In this document: positions 19,679-29,687 of the stretch, in pieces
Layout of the letters: each line of letters opens with the position of its first letter
How positions within the stretch are numbered: position 1 is the stretch's first letter
NCBI GenBank assembly: GCA_963837955.1
Contig: CAWIPH010000002.1
Span: 4,512,001-4,576,000 of the forward strand
From: an uncultured Verrucomicrobiae bacterium
GTDB taxonomy: Bacteria; Verrucomicrobiota; Verrucomicrobiia; Chthoniobacterales; JAFAMB01
Direction: 5' to 3'
DNA: 64,000 nucleotides
Position numbers and translations under genes: made by a program
Notes under the pieces: generated by a model
Told to the model about the DNA's origin: nothing
Seen by the model: the letters and a program-made list of their open reading frames with translations, nothing else
The model's database searches: none

Positions 19679-20096
19679 ATCTCACGCAAAGACGCAAAGG
19701 CGCCAAGAAAGGACAAGAGAACTTCCTTAGGTAGGGAATTGGAAATCAATGGTCATCAAGGAATCCCATCCTTTGCTACCTTCTGCTGCCTTCTGTTTAA
19801 AAAGTCTCCTTTGCGCCTTGGCGTCTTTGCGTGAGATCTTTCTTCGGTCTCGTCATTTTCTGACGCTCCTTCAGAGCGGCTTGTTTTTGGATCTGACCCA
19901 GGGTTTCGCAAAACCCCGGGGCGAGTCGCATGACAAATGACAAATGACAGATGACAAATTGATGAGAAGCCGGAATTCAGAAGCTGGTAGTCTAGACTTT
20001 GCTTCCCGTTCGGCTGCGCTCAGGTGGAAGCCTTTGTTAAGTTTTGTTTAAAATCCGTCTTGGCGCCTTTGCGTCTTTGCGTGAGATCTTTCTTCC
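19679..20096. repeat. Composite spacer bounded by inverted ATCTCACGCAAAG modules
   Basis: + copy at 19679; - copies at ~19809-19837 and ~20058-20087. Confidence 0.8.
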
Positions 20097-20163
20097 GGGC
20101 ACGCTTCGTTTGCGCCGTACGTCCCTTGCAAAAGTCCGGAGCCTCAACTATGGAGTCGTCCGA

Positions 20164-20949
20164 ATGAAGCGTCTGCTACAAGCGGTCGGCCGGGACGGTC
20201 TGGCGGCCGTCGCTGGTTTTGGCGACTTCGCCCTGTTCCTGTCACGTGCGGTTACCGGGGCACTCGTTACCCGCCAATTGGGACGGCGTTGGCTGCGCGC
20301 AGTCCATGAACAGGGCGTTCGCTGCATACCGGTAGTGACAATAGTTGGATTGTTTGCTGGACTCGTACTCGGGCTGCAAGGTTATTACGTTCTCACCCGT
20401 TTCGGGTCGGCGGGACTGCTGGGAACATTTGTCTCGCTGACGCTAACGCGGGAGCTGGCTCCGGTGCTTGCCGCCCTGGTGATCGTCGGCCAAGCCGGTT
20501 CTGCCATGGCAGCGGAAATCGGTATTCATCGCAATAGCGAACAAATCGACGCTCTCGTCACCATGGGAATCGATCCGCTCGGCTATCTGATCACCCCCCG
20601 CCTATTCGCTGCGCTGATCGTCTTTCCGATTCTGACAGTGGCTTTTACCTTAGTGGGATTGGCCGGCGGATATCTCTCTGGCTCGGCATTGCTCGGGTTG
20701 GATGGCGGCGTTTACTGGTCGGCGGTTCATTCGGCGATTCGGCCGGCCGACGTTCGCGAGTGCATCTTAAAGGCGCTTATTTTCGGCTTGATCACGATGG
20801 CGATCTGCTGCCATAGCGGCTTCACGACCCATCGCCGCACCGGAGTTAGCGGGTCGCGGGCGGTGAGTGTCTCGACCACCAGGGCAGTCGTCTTGGCGAG
20901 TGTTGCCACGTTAGCGGCCGATTACTTGATCACATCTTTTCTGGTATGA
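20164..20949 (+). CDS. mlaE: MlaE-family ABC permease
   Basis: RELAPVLAAL...GSAMAAEIG...EQIDALVTMGIDP..YLITPR. Confidence 0.9.
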   Translation: MKRLLQAVGRDGLAAVAGFGDFALFLSRAVTGALVTRQLGRRWLRAVHEQGVRCIPVVTIVGLFAGLVLGLQGYYVLTRFGSAGLLGTFVSLTLTRELAPVLAALVIVGQAGSAMAAEIGIHRNSEQIDALVTMGIDPLGYLITPRLFAALIVFPILTVAFTLVGLAGGYLSGSALLGLDGGVYWSAVHSAIRPADVRECILKALIFGLITMAICCHSGFTTHRRTGVSGSRAVSVSTTRAVVLASVATLAADYLITSFLV

Positions 20950-21704
20950 GTCGCCCGTCGCTTCCACCCATCCTGGAGGTCCACGGTCTCCGTAAGCATT
21001 TTGACGAGCACCTGGTATTAGACTCCGTGAACCTGCTGGTACCTCGGGGCTGCATTGTTTCCGTGCTGGGAAAGAGCGGGGCAGGAAAATCAGTTCTTCT
21101 GAAATGTCTCGCCGGTCTGCTGACGCCCGATGCCGGCGAGGTCCGCTTTGAGAATGGACTGCTGAATGGGGTTCGCCGGCGCAGCAGCTATTTGTTTCAA
21201 GCCAACGCTCTATTCGACTCGATGACAGCGCTGGAAAACGTCGCGCTGCCCCTGGAGCAAACAAGCCGGTTACGGAGCCGGGAGATCGCGCAGGCCGCCC
21301 GCGATGCATTAAAGAACCTCGGACTAGAAAAATTTGCGGATCATTTTCCTGCGCAGTTGTCCGGAGGAATGCAAAAACGTCTCGCGCTTGCTCGGTCGCT
21401 GGTAATGCGTCCCGAACTGGTGCTTTTCGATGAACCGACAGCTGGGCTCGATCCGCTCGCCCGCAACGCCGTTTTCGAAATGATCGCCCAATATAGGCAG
21501 CAATTTGATTTCACGGCGGTCGTAGTGACGCATGATGTCCCCGAAGCGCTCTCAGCCAGTGATCGCGTCGCCTTGCTCGAAGATGGCCGGATCTGTTTTG
21601 AGGGAACTCCGGCCGAGTTCGTCGCATCCAGCGATCGCATTGTGCTAAGCTGGCAACAATATTCTCGCGGTCCGGACCAGCCTCAACCAATAGCCCGTTC
21701 CTAA
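20946..21704 (+). CDS. mlaF: MlaF-family ABC ATPase
   Basis: GKSGAGKS, LSGGMQKR, FDEPTAGLDP; ATGA overlap with mlaE. Confidence 0.88.
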   Translation: MSRPSLPPILEVHGLRKHFDEHLVLDSVNLLVPRGCIVSVLGKSGAGKSVLLKCLAGLLTPDAGEVRFENGLLNGVRRRSSYLFQANALFDSMTALENVALPLEQTSRLRSREIAQAARDALKNLGLEKFADHFPAQLSGGMQKRLALARSLVMRPELVLFDEPTAGLDPLARNAVFEMIAQYRQQFDFTAVVVTHDVPEALSASDRVALLEDGRICFEGTPAEFVASSDRIVLSWQQYSRGPDQPQPIARS

Positions 21705-22184
21705 ATGAAGCAATCCAACATCGAACTGTCGGTCGGTGCCTTTGTTCTCCTGGGCATCGCCGCCATTGTCTGGTTTGCCATGCAGGCAGGCGCAGGCGTG
21801 GCCATTGGTGGCTCTACCTACGAAGTGAACGCAAGATTCGCGAACGTCGGCGGACTCAGACCCGGAAACCAAGTTTTCATAGCGGGTGTGCCAGTCGGAC
21901 GCGTAGAAAAGATCGACCTCAATTCCCAATATGCCGCCATCGTCCATATGAACGTAAGGGAAGATGTGCGCCTGCCCTCTGATACCATCGCGTCGGTCAA
22001 AACCAGCGGGCTGATCGGTGACAAGTTCATCGCGCTCGCCCCAGGCGCCGACAGTAGAAATCTGGCACCTGGTGGTATGATTACTGACACCGAATCGGCC
22101 ATGGATCTGGAATCGCTCATCAGGCGTTTCGCGTTCGGCAATGTTTCGCCGTCACCTGCGCCCTCCCCATCAGAGCCAAAATAA
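21705..22184 (+). CDS. mlaD: MCE-domain protein MlaD
   Basis: VGAFVLLG TM, F.NVGGL..G..V.IAGV.VGRV, TSGLIGDKFI. Confidence 0.9.
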   Translation: MKQSNIELSVGAFVLLGIAAIVWFAMQAGAGVAIGGSTYEVNARFANVGGLRPGNQVFIAGVPVGRVEKIDLNSQYAAIVHMNVREDVRLPSDTIASVKTSGLIGDKFIALAPGADSRNLAPGGMITDTESAMDLESLIRRFAFGNVSPSPAPSPSEPK

Positions 22185-22188
22185 AGTC

Positions 22189-22806
22189 ATGCTTCTCCAT
22201 CGTTTCATTCTGAGATGCGCTCTTGTGCTGCTGTTCCTTGGCGCTGGGCAACTTTCCGGCGCGGCGTCCAGTGACGACGCCGCGACCACGCTCCGCAGCT
22301 CCGTTGAGGAAGTTCTCTCAATTGCTTACTCCGGGCACGCGAACGAAGCCCTGGCCACGCGAGTGCGACCAGCACTGGAAAAATGCTTTGCTTTTGACAT
22401 TGTCACCCGCCAAGCCATGGGCCCCGGCTGGCGCCAATTTTCCACAACCGACCAAAAACGGGTGACTGATCTTTTCAGTGAACTGATGATCCGGACCTAC
22501 TCCGCTCGCGTGGTTGGAACGCAGCGACCAAAAATTGTGTTTGGTTCGCCTGTGGCAATTGCGGCTGACCGTTGCGAAATTCCCACCCGCGTCACTACCG
22601 CCTCCAGCAACGACCCAACCGCGGTCGTCTATCGTATGATCAAACTTCCGGCTGGCTGGCGAATTTACGACGTCCTGATCGAAGGCGTCAGTTTCGTCGC
22701 CAACTACCGTGCGCAATTCGACGAACTTATTCAAAAAGGCGGCGCCGTCGCCGCCATCCGGACCCTCGAAGCAAAGCTCGCCCAACCCGTACCATCCAAC
22801 TCGTGA
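22189..22806 (+). CDS. mlaC: MlaC/Ttg2D phospholipid-binding protein
   Basis: WRIYDVLIEGVSFVANYRAQF. Confidence 0.88.
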   Translation: MLLHRFILRCALVLLFLGAGQLSGAASSDDAATTLRSSVEEVLSIAYSGHANEALATRVRPALEKCFAFDIVTRQAMGPGWRQFSTTDQKRVTDLFSELMIRTYSARVVGTQRPKIVFGSPVAIAADRCEIPTRVTTASSNDPTAVVYRMIKLPAGWRIYDVLIEGVSFVANYRAQFDELIQKGGAVAAIRTLEAKLAQPVPSNS

Positions 22807-23570
22807 ATCACTCGATATCTAACATCCTTGTGCTCCTCCTTTGCCTTTCGGGGTGCGCAGTTGCAGAAGACCGTTCGGCCGCCAAAGCTGTTCCTGTCCA
22901 TACTTCGGACTCCGATCTCGCGGATGTCCCCGTGTCGAAGACGAACGATCCCTGGCAGCGTTTGAACCGGACCACTTTCCGTTTCAACGACGGACTCACC
23001 ACTTACGCGTTGCGTCCGGTGGCACACGGATACGCAGCGATTGTGCCTCGACCTGTCCGCACCGGGATCACCAACTTCTTCGATAACCTGAATTATCCGG
23101 TCCGTTTCATTAATTCGGTTCTCCAGGGCAAAATCACCCGCTCAGCTCAAGAAACCGGCAAGTTCGTCGTCAACAGCACGGCGGGCGTCGGAGGTTTGAT
23201 TCGTGTTTCCGATCACATATCGAGTCTCGCGGATGTTCCGGCGGAAGACTTTGGGCAAACTCTCGGGGTCTGGGGTTTTTGCCCCGGGCCTTACATTGTG
23301 ATCCCCGTCCTTGGCCCCTCGGATTGCCGTGATGCGATCGGTTTCGCCGGCGACTACGCCATGAACCCGCTCAACTGGCACTCTCTTGGCATCATTCACC
23401 ACGCGTTCATACCTAATACTGTCAGCATCGCTCTTTCGGCGACAAAGTTTGTCAACGGGCTCCCTAAATCCGTCGATTCCTACGACCAGCTGAAAGCCGA
23501 GGCTGTCGATCCATACGTCGCGATGCGTGACGCTTATCTGAGTTACCGGGCCGCCCAAGTGAAAAAGTAA
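22803..23570 (+). CDS. mlaA: VacJ/MlaA lipoprotein
   Basis: Lipobox LSGC, DPWQRLNR..F.FND, EDFGQTLGVWG, GPYIVIPVLGPS, DPYVAMRDAY. Confidence 0.9.
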   Translation: MNHSISNILVLLLCLSGCAVAEDRSAAKAVPVHTSDSDLADVPVSKTNDPWQRLNRTTFRFNDGLTTYALRPVAHGYAAIVPRPVRTGITNFFDNLNYPVRFINSVLQGKITRSAQETGKFVVNSTAGVGGLIRVSDHISSLADVPAEDFGQTLGVWGFCPGPYIVIPVLGPSDCRDAIGFAGDYAMNPLNWHSLGIIHHAFIPNTVSIALSATKFVNGLPKSVDSYDQLKAEAVDPYVAMRDAYLSYRAAQVKK

Positions 23571-23827
23571 ACAGGGCGAAGCTGGCGAGGCGCATAGCAG
23601 ATAGCAGATAGATCCATTGGGCCCAGATTCCGGAATTGGGAATCGTTCTCGTCGTCGTGCTCGTCCTCGATTCTTTGAGATCCTACATACTGCGGAGCCC
23701 GAAAGCTTAAACACCCAAGTGAAATCTCACGCAAAGATTAGGTGAGAGGAGAGTAGACGCATCTTCCTGGTGTAGAATGCAGGAGCTTGGGGCTTCGCAG
23801 ATAGAAGCCGCGGCTGTCCTCCCCGAT

Positions 23828-23953
23828 TCGGTTATCGGCTATCGGCTATCGGCTATCGGCTATCGGCTATCGGCTATCGGCTATCGGCTATCGGCTATCG
23901 GCTATCGGCTATCGGCTATCGGCTATCGGCTATCGGCTATCGGCTATCGGCTA
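23828..23953 (+). repeat. Heptanucleotide tandem repeat (TCGGCTA)17 plus one TCGGTTA
   Basis: Perfect units 23835-23953 counted by eye; followed by TTTGCTATTTTGCTATGCGTTTCGCC. Confidence 0.95.
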
Positions 23954-24041
23954 TTTGCTATTTTGCTATGCGTTTCGCCGGGTTGCGCGGTCGTGATTTA
24001 CGGGTGACAATCAGGGAGCAGAACGTCGAGGTTCCAAGCCA

Positions 24042-25205
24042 GTGCCTACCCCCGGCAAATTCGCGTTTGATTTTTCAAAATACCCTGAGAGCGGCCTCGT
24101 ACTAATAATCGTCGCCCTCGGGTTGGTGTTGGCGATTTTTGGCGGCTCGGTGCAAATGCCGAGATTCGAGACGACTCCTGACGGTAAACGCCAACGAGCT
24201 CTGGTGACCAACGCTGAAGGTCAGCAAGTGCCTGCCTTCGATTCGGCCAACAAATTCTTCAATGCCCCAACGATTGTGCAGATCGCCAAGGACACGAGCT
24301 TTTTCGCCATTATGGCCGTCGGAATGACGGTGGTCATTATCACGGGCGGGATCGATCTGTCCGTCGGGGCGATCTACGCACTGGCCTCGGTGTGCGGGGC
24401 CCTGGTGCTGTCGCCCTATGGCCCGTCCGGAGGCGGCGTTGCGACCGTGCTCGGCGTGATCGTAACAATCGGCGTCGGCACGCTGCTTGGTTTTTTCAAC
24501 GGCGTAATGATTACGGCGTTCAGAGTGCATTCGTTCATCATCACGCTCGGGACGATGGCGATCTATCGCGGTATTGCTTTTGTCCAGACCGGCGGTCAGT
24601 CGATCGGTGGATTTCCATCCGCTTTTCGGCAATTCGTGCGCTGGGAGCTACTGCCAGGTCTGAGCTTGGTGCCTCTCATCGTGATGATCATTGTCGCCAT
24701 TGTTGGGGGAATTTTACTCTCCAAAATGGCAGTTGGTCGCAGGTTGTATGCGATTGGGGGTAACGAAATTGCCAGCCGCTTCAGTGGCATCCGAGTGGGC
24801 CGGGTTAAGCTGCTGGCTTACACTCTGACCGGATTAACCGCCGGCATCGCTGCCGTTTTGTCTCTCGGATACTACGGTGCCGGCTCTTCGGGCGATGGCC
24901 AAGGCTACGAGCTGAACGTGATTGCCGCGGCGGTGGTCGGCGGGGCCAGCCTCATTGGGGGCAAAGGGACAGCGCTCGGGGCGCTGCTCGGCGCCATCAT
25001 TCTCCAGATGATCTCCAACGGGTTGGTGATCCTGGATATTCCGCAGAATTACAGCCAAATCGTCATCGGGTTGGTCGTGATTGCTGCGGTGCTGTTCGAC
25101 CAGCTCAACAACTGGCTGACGAAGCGTCGTTTGCTAGCCAGAACGAGTGCTATAAAGAAAGTCGTTCCGGCAGGCGACACTCCCGTTCCAACCACCAATG
25201 CGTAA
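24042..25205 (+). CDS. Monosaccharide ABC permease (RbsC-like)
   Basis: GGIDLSVG, FIITLG, GRRLYAIGGNE.A...SGI, YELNVIAAAVVGGASL.GG.G. Confidence 0.9.
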   Translation: MPTPGKFAFDFSKYPESGLVLIIVALGLVLAIFGGSVQMPRFETTPDGKRQRALVTNAEGQQVPAFDSANKFFNAPTIVQIAKDTSFFAIMAVGMTVVIITGGIDLSVGAIYALASVCGALVLSPYGPSGGGVATVLGVIVTIGVGTLLGFFNGVMITAFRVHSFIITLGTMAIYRGIAFVQTGGQSIGGFPSAFRQFVRWELLPGLSLVPLIVMIIVAIVGGILLSKMAVGRRLYAIGGNEIASRFSGIRVGRVKLLAYTLTGLTAGIAAVLSLGYYGAGSSGDGQGYELNVIAAAVVGGASLIGGKGTALGALLGAIILQMISNGLVILDIPQNYSQIVIGLVVIAAVLFDQLNNWLTKRRLLARTSAIKKVVPAGDTPVPTTNA

Positions 25206-26469
25206 TCGTTCCTCCCTGATCGCGCTTGCTTCGCTCCTCGCTCTGGTGCAGGCGCCTCTGGCCTCGCAGGCGGCTAGCGAACCCAAGCTGGAAGTCTTTT
25301 CCTGGTGGACTTCGGGCGGTGAAGCAGCCGCACTTGATGCGTTATTCCATGTCTACAAAGAGCAGTACGCCGGCGTTGAAATTGTCAATGCTACCGTGGC
25401 GGGCGGCGGCGGCTCCGCGGCTCGACCCGTTTTGCAAACTCGTCTGTCCGGAGGTAATCCACCCGACAGCTGGCAAACCCATCCCGGCTGGGAATTGCTT
25501 GGTCAGTACGTTGACCCCGGCTACTGCGAGCCGATTACCGATCTCTACAAGAGTGACGGATGGGATAAATCTTTTCCGAAGGAGTTGGTAGTAAACTTGA
25601 TGACCAAGGATCGAAAGATCTATGCCGTACTCGCCGGCATCCATCGGGGGAACGTCCTTTGGTACAATACGAAGCTGCTCCAAAAGAACGGGATCAAGGT
25701 CGGCAAGACGATGTCCTTCGAGGAGTTCTTCGCGGCGTGTGACAAGCTCAAAGCAGCGGGAATTCCTGCTCTGGGCGTCGGTGATTCAGGGATTTGGGCC
25801 TCGGCCCAGCTCTTTGAGAACACGTTGCTTGGCATCATCGGACCAAAAGGCTGGACGGATTTGTTCAGCGGTACCATGCAATGGGACGATCCGAAGGTGA
25901 AAGAGGCGATGAAGCTGTTCGCGAAAATGCAGGATTACGTCAATCCGGACCATGCAGCTTTGAGTTGGGATCAGGCCATTAAAGCACTGATGGAAGGTAG
26001 GGTAGCATTTAGTTCCATGGGTGATTGGGCCGATGGCGAATTTCTCAAGGCTAGTATGAAAGAGAAAGATGATTTCGGTTGGGTGAGTCATCCCGGAACA
26101 GACGGTGCATTTGTCATCGTTGCTGACGGTTTCGCAGTAGCCAAAAGTGCTCCGCACAAGGAAGCGGCTTTGGCCTGGTTAAAGAGCATCGGCAGCAAGG
26201 AAGCGCAGGAAGCATTCAACCGGTTAAAGGGCTCGATACCGGCCCGAACCGATGTCGATCGTTCGAAGTTCGACCGGTACCATCAATGGTCCATGGATTC
26301 GTTTGCCAGGGATAAATTGGTGGCGAGCTGTGTCCATGGCGAAGCTGCTCCGGCAGCTTTTCAACAGGCATTGAATGATGGAGTGACCGCTTTCATTGTG
26401 GATAAGAACGTTGACAATTTTGCTAACGCGCTGGTGCGAGCGGCCAGAGAGTTCCCGTCGGCGAAATAG
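25198..26469 (+). CDS. Sugar ABC substrate-binding protein (glucose-binding, CUT1 type)
   Basis: Signal peptide, LEVFSWWTSGGEAAAL, GNPPDSWQ, MGDWA, FNRLKGSIPARTD. Confidence 0.88.
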   Translation: MRNRSSLIALASLLALVQAPLASQAASEPKLEVFSWWTSGGEAAALDALFHVYKEQYAGVEIVNATVAGGGGSAARPVLQTRLSGGNPPDSWQTHPGWELLGQYVDPGYCEPITDLYKSDGWDKSFPKELVVNLMTKDRKIYAVLAGIHRGNVLWYNTKLLQKNGIKVGKTMSFEEFFAACDKLKAAGIPALGVGDSGIWASAQLFENTLLGIIGPKGWTDLFSGTMQWDDPKVKEAMKLFAKMQDYVNPDHAALSWDQAIKALMEGRVAFSSMGDWADGEFLKASMKEKDDFGWVSHPGTDGAFVIVADGFAVAKSAPHKEAALAWLKSIGSKEAQEAFNRLKGSIPARTDVDRSKFDRYHQWSMDSFARDKLVASCVHGEAAPAAFQQALNDGVTAFIVDKNVDNFANALVRAAREFPSAK

Positions 26470-26489
26470 CGGGCGAAAGATTAAAGACA

Positions 26490-27285
26490 GAAGAAAAATC
26501 TCACGCAAAGACGCCAAGGCGCAAAGATGAGGATGTGATTGGTGATTAGTGAACGGAACACGGCGTACGGCAGGGCTGAGCTTGTCGAAAGTCGTGAGCT
26601 CAACCGAACGGCGGAATTCAGCAACCACGAAAAGACACGAAATAGCGGTTGTTGCGCAGAAATCATCTCCAGCCCGACCACCGTCTCCTGCATCCTAAAT
26701 ACTAAATCCTAGCTCCTACCTCCTATCTTCCTTCACAAAAGATCGCAAAGAACACGAAGACTTTTTGAACAGAAGGTAGCAAAGGAAGCAAAGGTTGGTC
26801 GAAGCGAATGACAAATGACCGAATGACAAATTGGCAAATTGAGTGAGAAACGCCAAAGGCGTAACAGGACTCAGCCGATGTCCCATCCGGTTATTTCAAT
26901 AGGTCCGTCAGGGCTTCATTTGCTATCTGCTATTTGCTATTTGTCATGCGCTTCGCCCGGAGGCTTTGCGGAACCCTGGGTCAGGTTCCAAATAACGCGT
27001 GTCGCTCTGACTTGTCCCGCCGAAGGCCTTGCGAAGGAGGAAAGAGCGTGAGAACCCGCTCCGCCCACCAAACGACGAGATCGCAGAAAAACACGCTCAC
27101 ACGGAGTCGGAAAAGAATATTTTGAACAGAAGGTAGCAAAGGCTTCGACCTGAGCTCAGCCGAAGGGTAAGCAAAGTTCAGAACATTCTAGATTCTAAAT
27201 TCCAGATTCTGAATTCTAGATGCGCTTCCCCTCTTTGCGGCTTGGCGTCTTTGCGTGAGATTTTTGTTCCGTCTTTGCGTGAGAT
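26490..27285. repeat. Composite spacer bounded by inverted ATCTCACGCAAAG modules
   Basis: + copy at ~26497; - copies at ~27233-27260 and ~27271-27285; contains ACAGAAGGTAGCAAAG, CCCAGGGT-type and heptamer modules. Confidence 0.85.
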
Positions 27286-27737
27286 CATTTTGCTCTTTTC
27301 GATCGTTTCGCACTAGCCAAGGATTTCAATGCGCGAGCAGCCTTTGCTGCATCCTCGTTTCCATCAAAGCCAAGGTAGGCCACAAACTTCCGGCCGACGA
27401 CGGCTCCGGAGACACCGCGCAGGTTCACTCCTGAATCGGCAATGGCTGAGATGATCCGAGACCCGACGCCGGGTGCATCGTCACCCTCTACTTTCAATGT
27501 CGCAAGCTTTTCAGCAGGTGCGAGACCTTCTGCTTTAGCGGCTTTTCGAACATTAGGACCCTTGACGGGTGTGAGAAATGCAACGCCTTTGCCAGTTTTT
27601 GAGGGATCGCGCCGAGCAATCACGCATTCCAGGTTGGCACCCGCGCCACCAACTGCTCCTAAGAGTTTCGCGAGGCCGCCGGGCTTGTCTTCGATTTGGG
27701 CGGCCCAAACATCCACTTTCGTGACGGTCAGGTTCAT
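27285..27737 (-). CDS. ACT-domain protein
   Basis: Two ACT-like repeats (IEDKPGGLAKLL...GANLE; GDDAPGVGSRI...GVNLRG); GGAGG RBS. Confidence 0.75.
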   Translation of the reverse strand: MNLTVTKVDVWAAQIEDKPGGLAKLLGAVGGAGANLECVIARRDPSKTGKGVAFLTPVKGPNVRKAAKAEGLAPAEKLATLKVEGDDAPGVGSRIISAIADSGVNLRGVSGAVVGRKFVAYLGFDGNEDAAKAARALKSLASAKRSKRAK

Positions 27738-27863
27738 AGAATATCGCCTCCTTTGGGGGGAATTAAATCTAAATGGTCGAACCACTGGGGCAAGCTAATT
27801 CCACATCATAGACGCATCTTCCAGGTGCGGATCACCACCGCCTTTCGTTGATGCATGTAATTC

Positions 27864-27965
27864 ACGCCGAAGGCGTAACAGGACTCAGCCCAGGGTGGAG
27901 GCTTTGCGCAACCCTGGGTTAGATCCCAAAAAGAGCGAACGCTCTGTAGGAGCGCAAGAAAAGGG
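27864..27965 (+). repeat. REP/MITE-like element ACGCCGAAGGCGTAACAGGACTCAGCCCAGGGT...AACCCTGGGT
   Basis: Hairpin CCCAGGGT...ACCCTGGG; related copies at ~1255-1388, ~26848-26981, ~31924-31980, ~34226-34282, ~37547-37602. Confidence 0.75.
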
Positions 27966-28133
27966 CCGAGATCGCGGAAAACAGGCTCAGACAGGGCAGG
28001 CAAAGAATATTTTGAACAGAAGGTAGCAAAGGAAGCAAAGGTTCGACGACCCTCCAGCTGCTGAATTCCAACTTCTCAACAATTTGTCATCTGTCATTCG
28101 CCTCGCTATCTGCTATCTGCTGTGGCCGCCTGA

Positions 28134-28508
28134 TCACCGGGTATTGTCGGGGGTTGCAACCTGTGGATCAATGGGCCTTACTTCGACGGACAAGCCGTGG
28201 TCTAGACATGGGTTGCCTTGGGCGATTTGCACCGCCTCGTCGAGATTGCTAGCGAGAATGAACCAGTAACCGCCGATTACTTCTTTGGATTCGCCGAAAG
28301 GGCCGTCTGTTGTCATACTTTTCCGCCCGATCGTTTTACCTTCGTACGTAAGCCGTTGCCCGCGTTTCATCTTCCCCTCGTCAACTAATTGATCAAGCCA
28401 GGCGTAGAATTGGTCGATCACGTTCTGTTTTTCTTTCCGTGGGAGCGTGCTGTCCCACTGTCCCCGGGACATTACCAGGAATTCGGCTGGAGGAGGTTGT
28501 TCGCTCAT
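28134..28508 (-). CDS. YciI/DGPF-family protein
   Basis: TDGPFGESKEVIGGYW...A..LDEA...VEVRPI. Confidence 0.85.
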   Translation of the reverse strand: MSEQPPPAEFLVMSRGQWDSTLPRKEKQNVIDQFYAWLDQLVDEGKMKRGQRLTYEGKTIGRKSMTTDGPFGESKEVIGGYWFILASNLDEAVQIAQGNPCLDHGLSVEVRPIDPQVATPDNTR

Positions 28509-28530
28509 AATGGTTTGCCTTGCAGATTAG

Positions 28531-29676
28531 CCGGAAGAAAGATCTCACGCAAAGACGCCAAGCCGCGAAGAAGAGGAAGTGAGATGTGATTGGTGATCAG
28601 TGATCGGAGCGGCGTGATAGATCGAGCTTTCGCCGACGCATTTTTGCTGAATCTAGAGAAAAAGCCCCTAAAGACCGCAGAGAAGTCTTTCTTTGCTTCC
28701 TTTGCTACCTTCTGTTTAAAAAGTCTTCGTGGTCTCTGCGATCTTCGGTGAATAGGCGTTTAAGGATAGGGTCACGTCTTTTAACACGCACGCAAAGACG
28801 CCAAGCCGCAAAGAAAGGGAAGTGAGATGTGATTGGTGATTAGTGATCAGTGAACGGAGCGGCGTGATAGATCGAGCTTCCGCTGACGCATTTTTGCTGA
28901 ATCTACTGAAAAGCCCCCAAAGACCACAGAGAAGTCTTTCTTTGCTTCCTTTGCTACCTTCTGTTTAAAAAGTCTTCGTGGTCTCTGCGATCTTCTGTGA
29001 ATGGGCGTTAACGGATAGGGTCACGTCTTTGAACACGCACGCAAAGACGCCAAGACGCAAAGAGAGGAAGTCAGATGTGATTAGTGAACGGAGCGGCATG
29101 GTAGATCGAGCTTCCGCCGACGCATTTTTACTGAATCTACTGAAAAAGCCCCAAAGACCACAGAGAAGTCTTTCTTTGCTTCCTTTGCTACCTTCTGTTT
29201 TAAAAAGTCTTCGTGGTCTTTGCGATCTTCTGTGAGGTCGGAAGTTCGGCCCTATCGGGTGCCGTGTTCCGTTCACCAATTCACCTCTCACTTCTCCTCT
29301 TGGCGTGCGTGTTAAAGGGTGACCCTATCCATTAGATGGCTATTCACAGAAGACCGCAAAGACCACGAAGATTTTTTAAACAGAAGGTAGCAAAGGAAGC
29401 AAAGGTCCTCGCCTTGAGCGATCGACGAGCTCTCGATTTCGACGAGTTCAGCCGAGCCGCCGAGCGCTCACCCAAACGGTGGAATTCTCTATGCTCTTTG
29501 TGTTCTTTTGCGGCTATTTAATGTTTTAGACGTGACCTCATTTTAGAACCTTGCTGCCGCACGTCGCTCCGTTCACCAATCATCAATCACCTCTCACTTT
29601 CCCCTTTGCGGCTTGGCGCCCGCCCGCATCGCTACGCGAAGCGTTGCGGGCAGGTCTTTGCGTGAGATCTTTCTTC
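28531..29676. repeat. Composite element: three tandem ~245-bp units plus an inverted partial copy, bounded by GAAGAAAGATCTCACGC inverted ends
   Basis: Units start at 28547, 28790 and 29039; ~29266-29405 is an inverted copy of unit parts. Confidence 0.88.
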
Positions 29677-29687
29677 GATCTGGAAAG

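Noticed and set aside
20164..23570. mla operon lacking mlaB as a novelty
   Set aside because: mlaB-less MCE operons with adjacent mlaA/mlaC are not unusual
23777..24007. ORF with (YRLSAIG)n, and similar LSAICY-rich ORFs at 36115, 47583 and 62717
   Set aside because: Translations of heptamer repeats with no other coding evidence
28547..29235. Possible CRISPR array
   Set aside because: Whole ~245-bp units repeat with no unique spacers, and no cas genes are present
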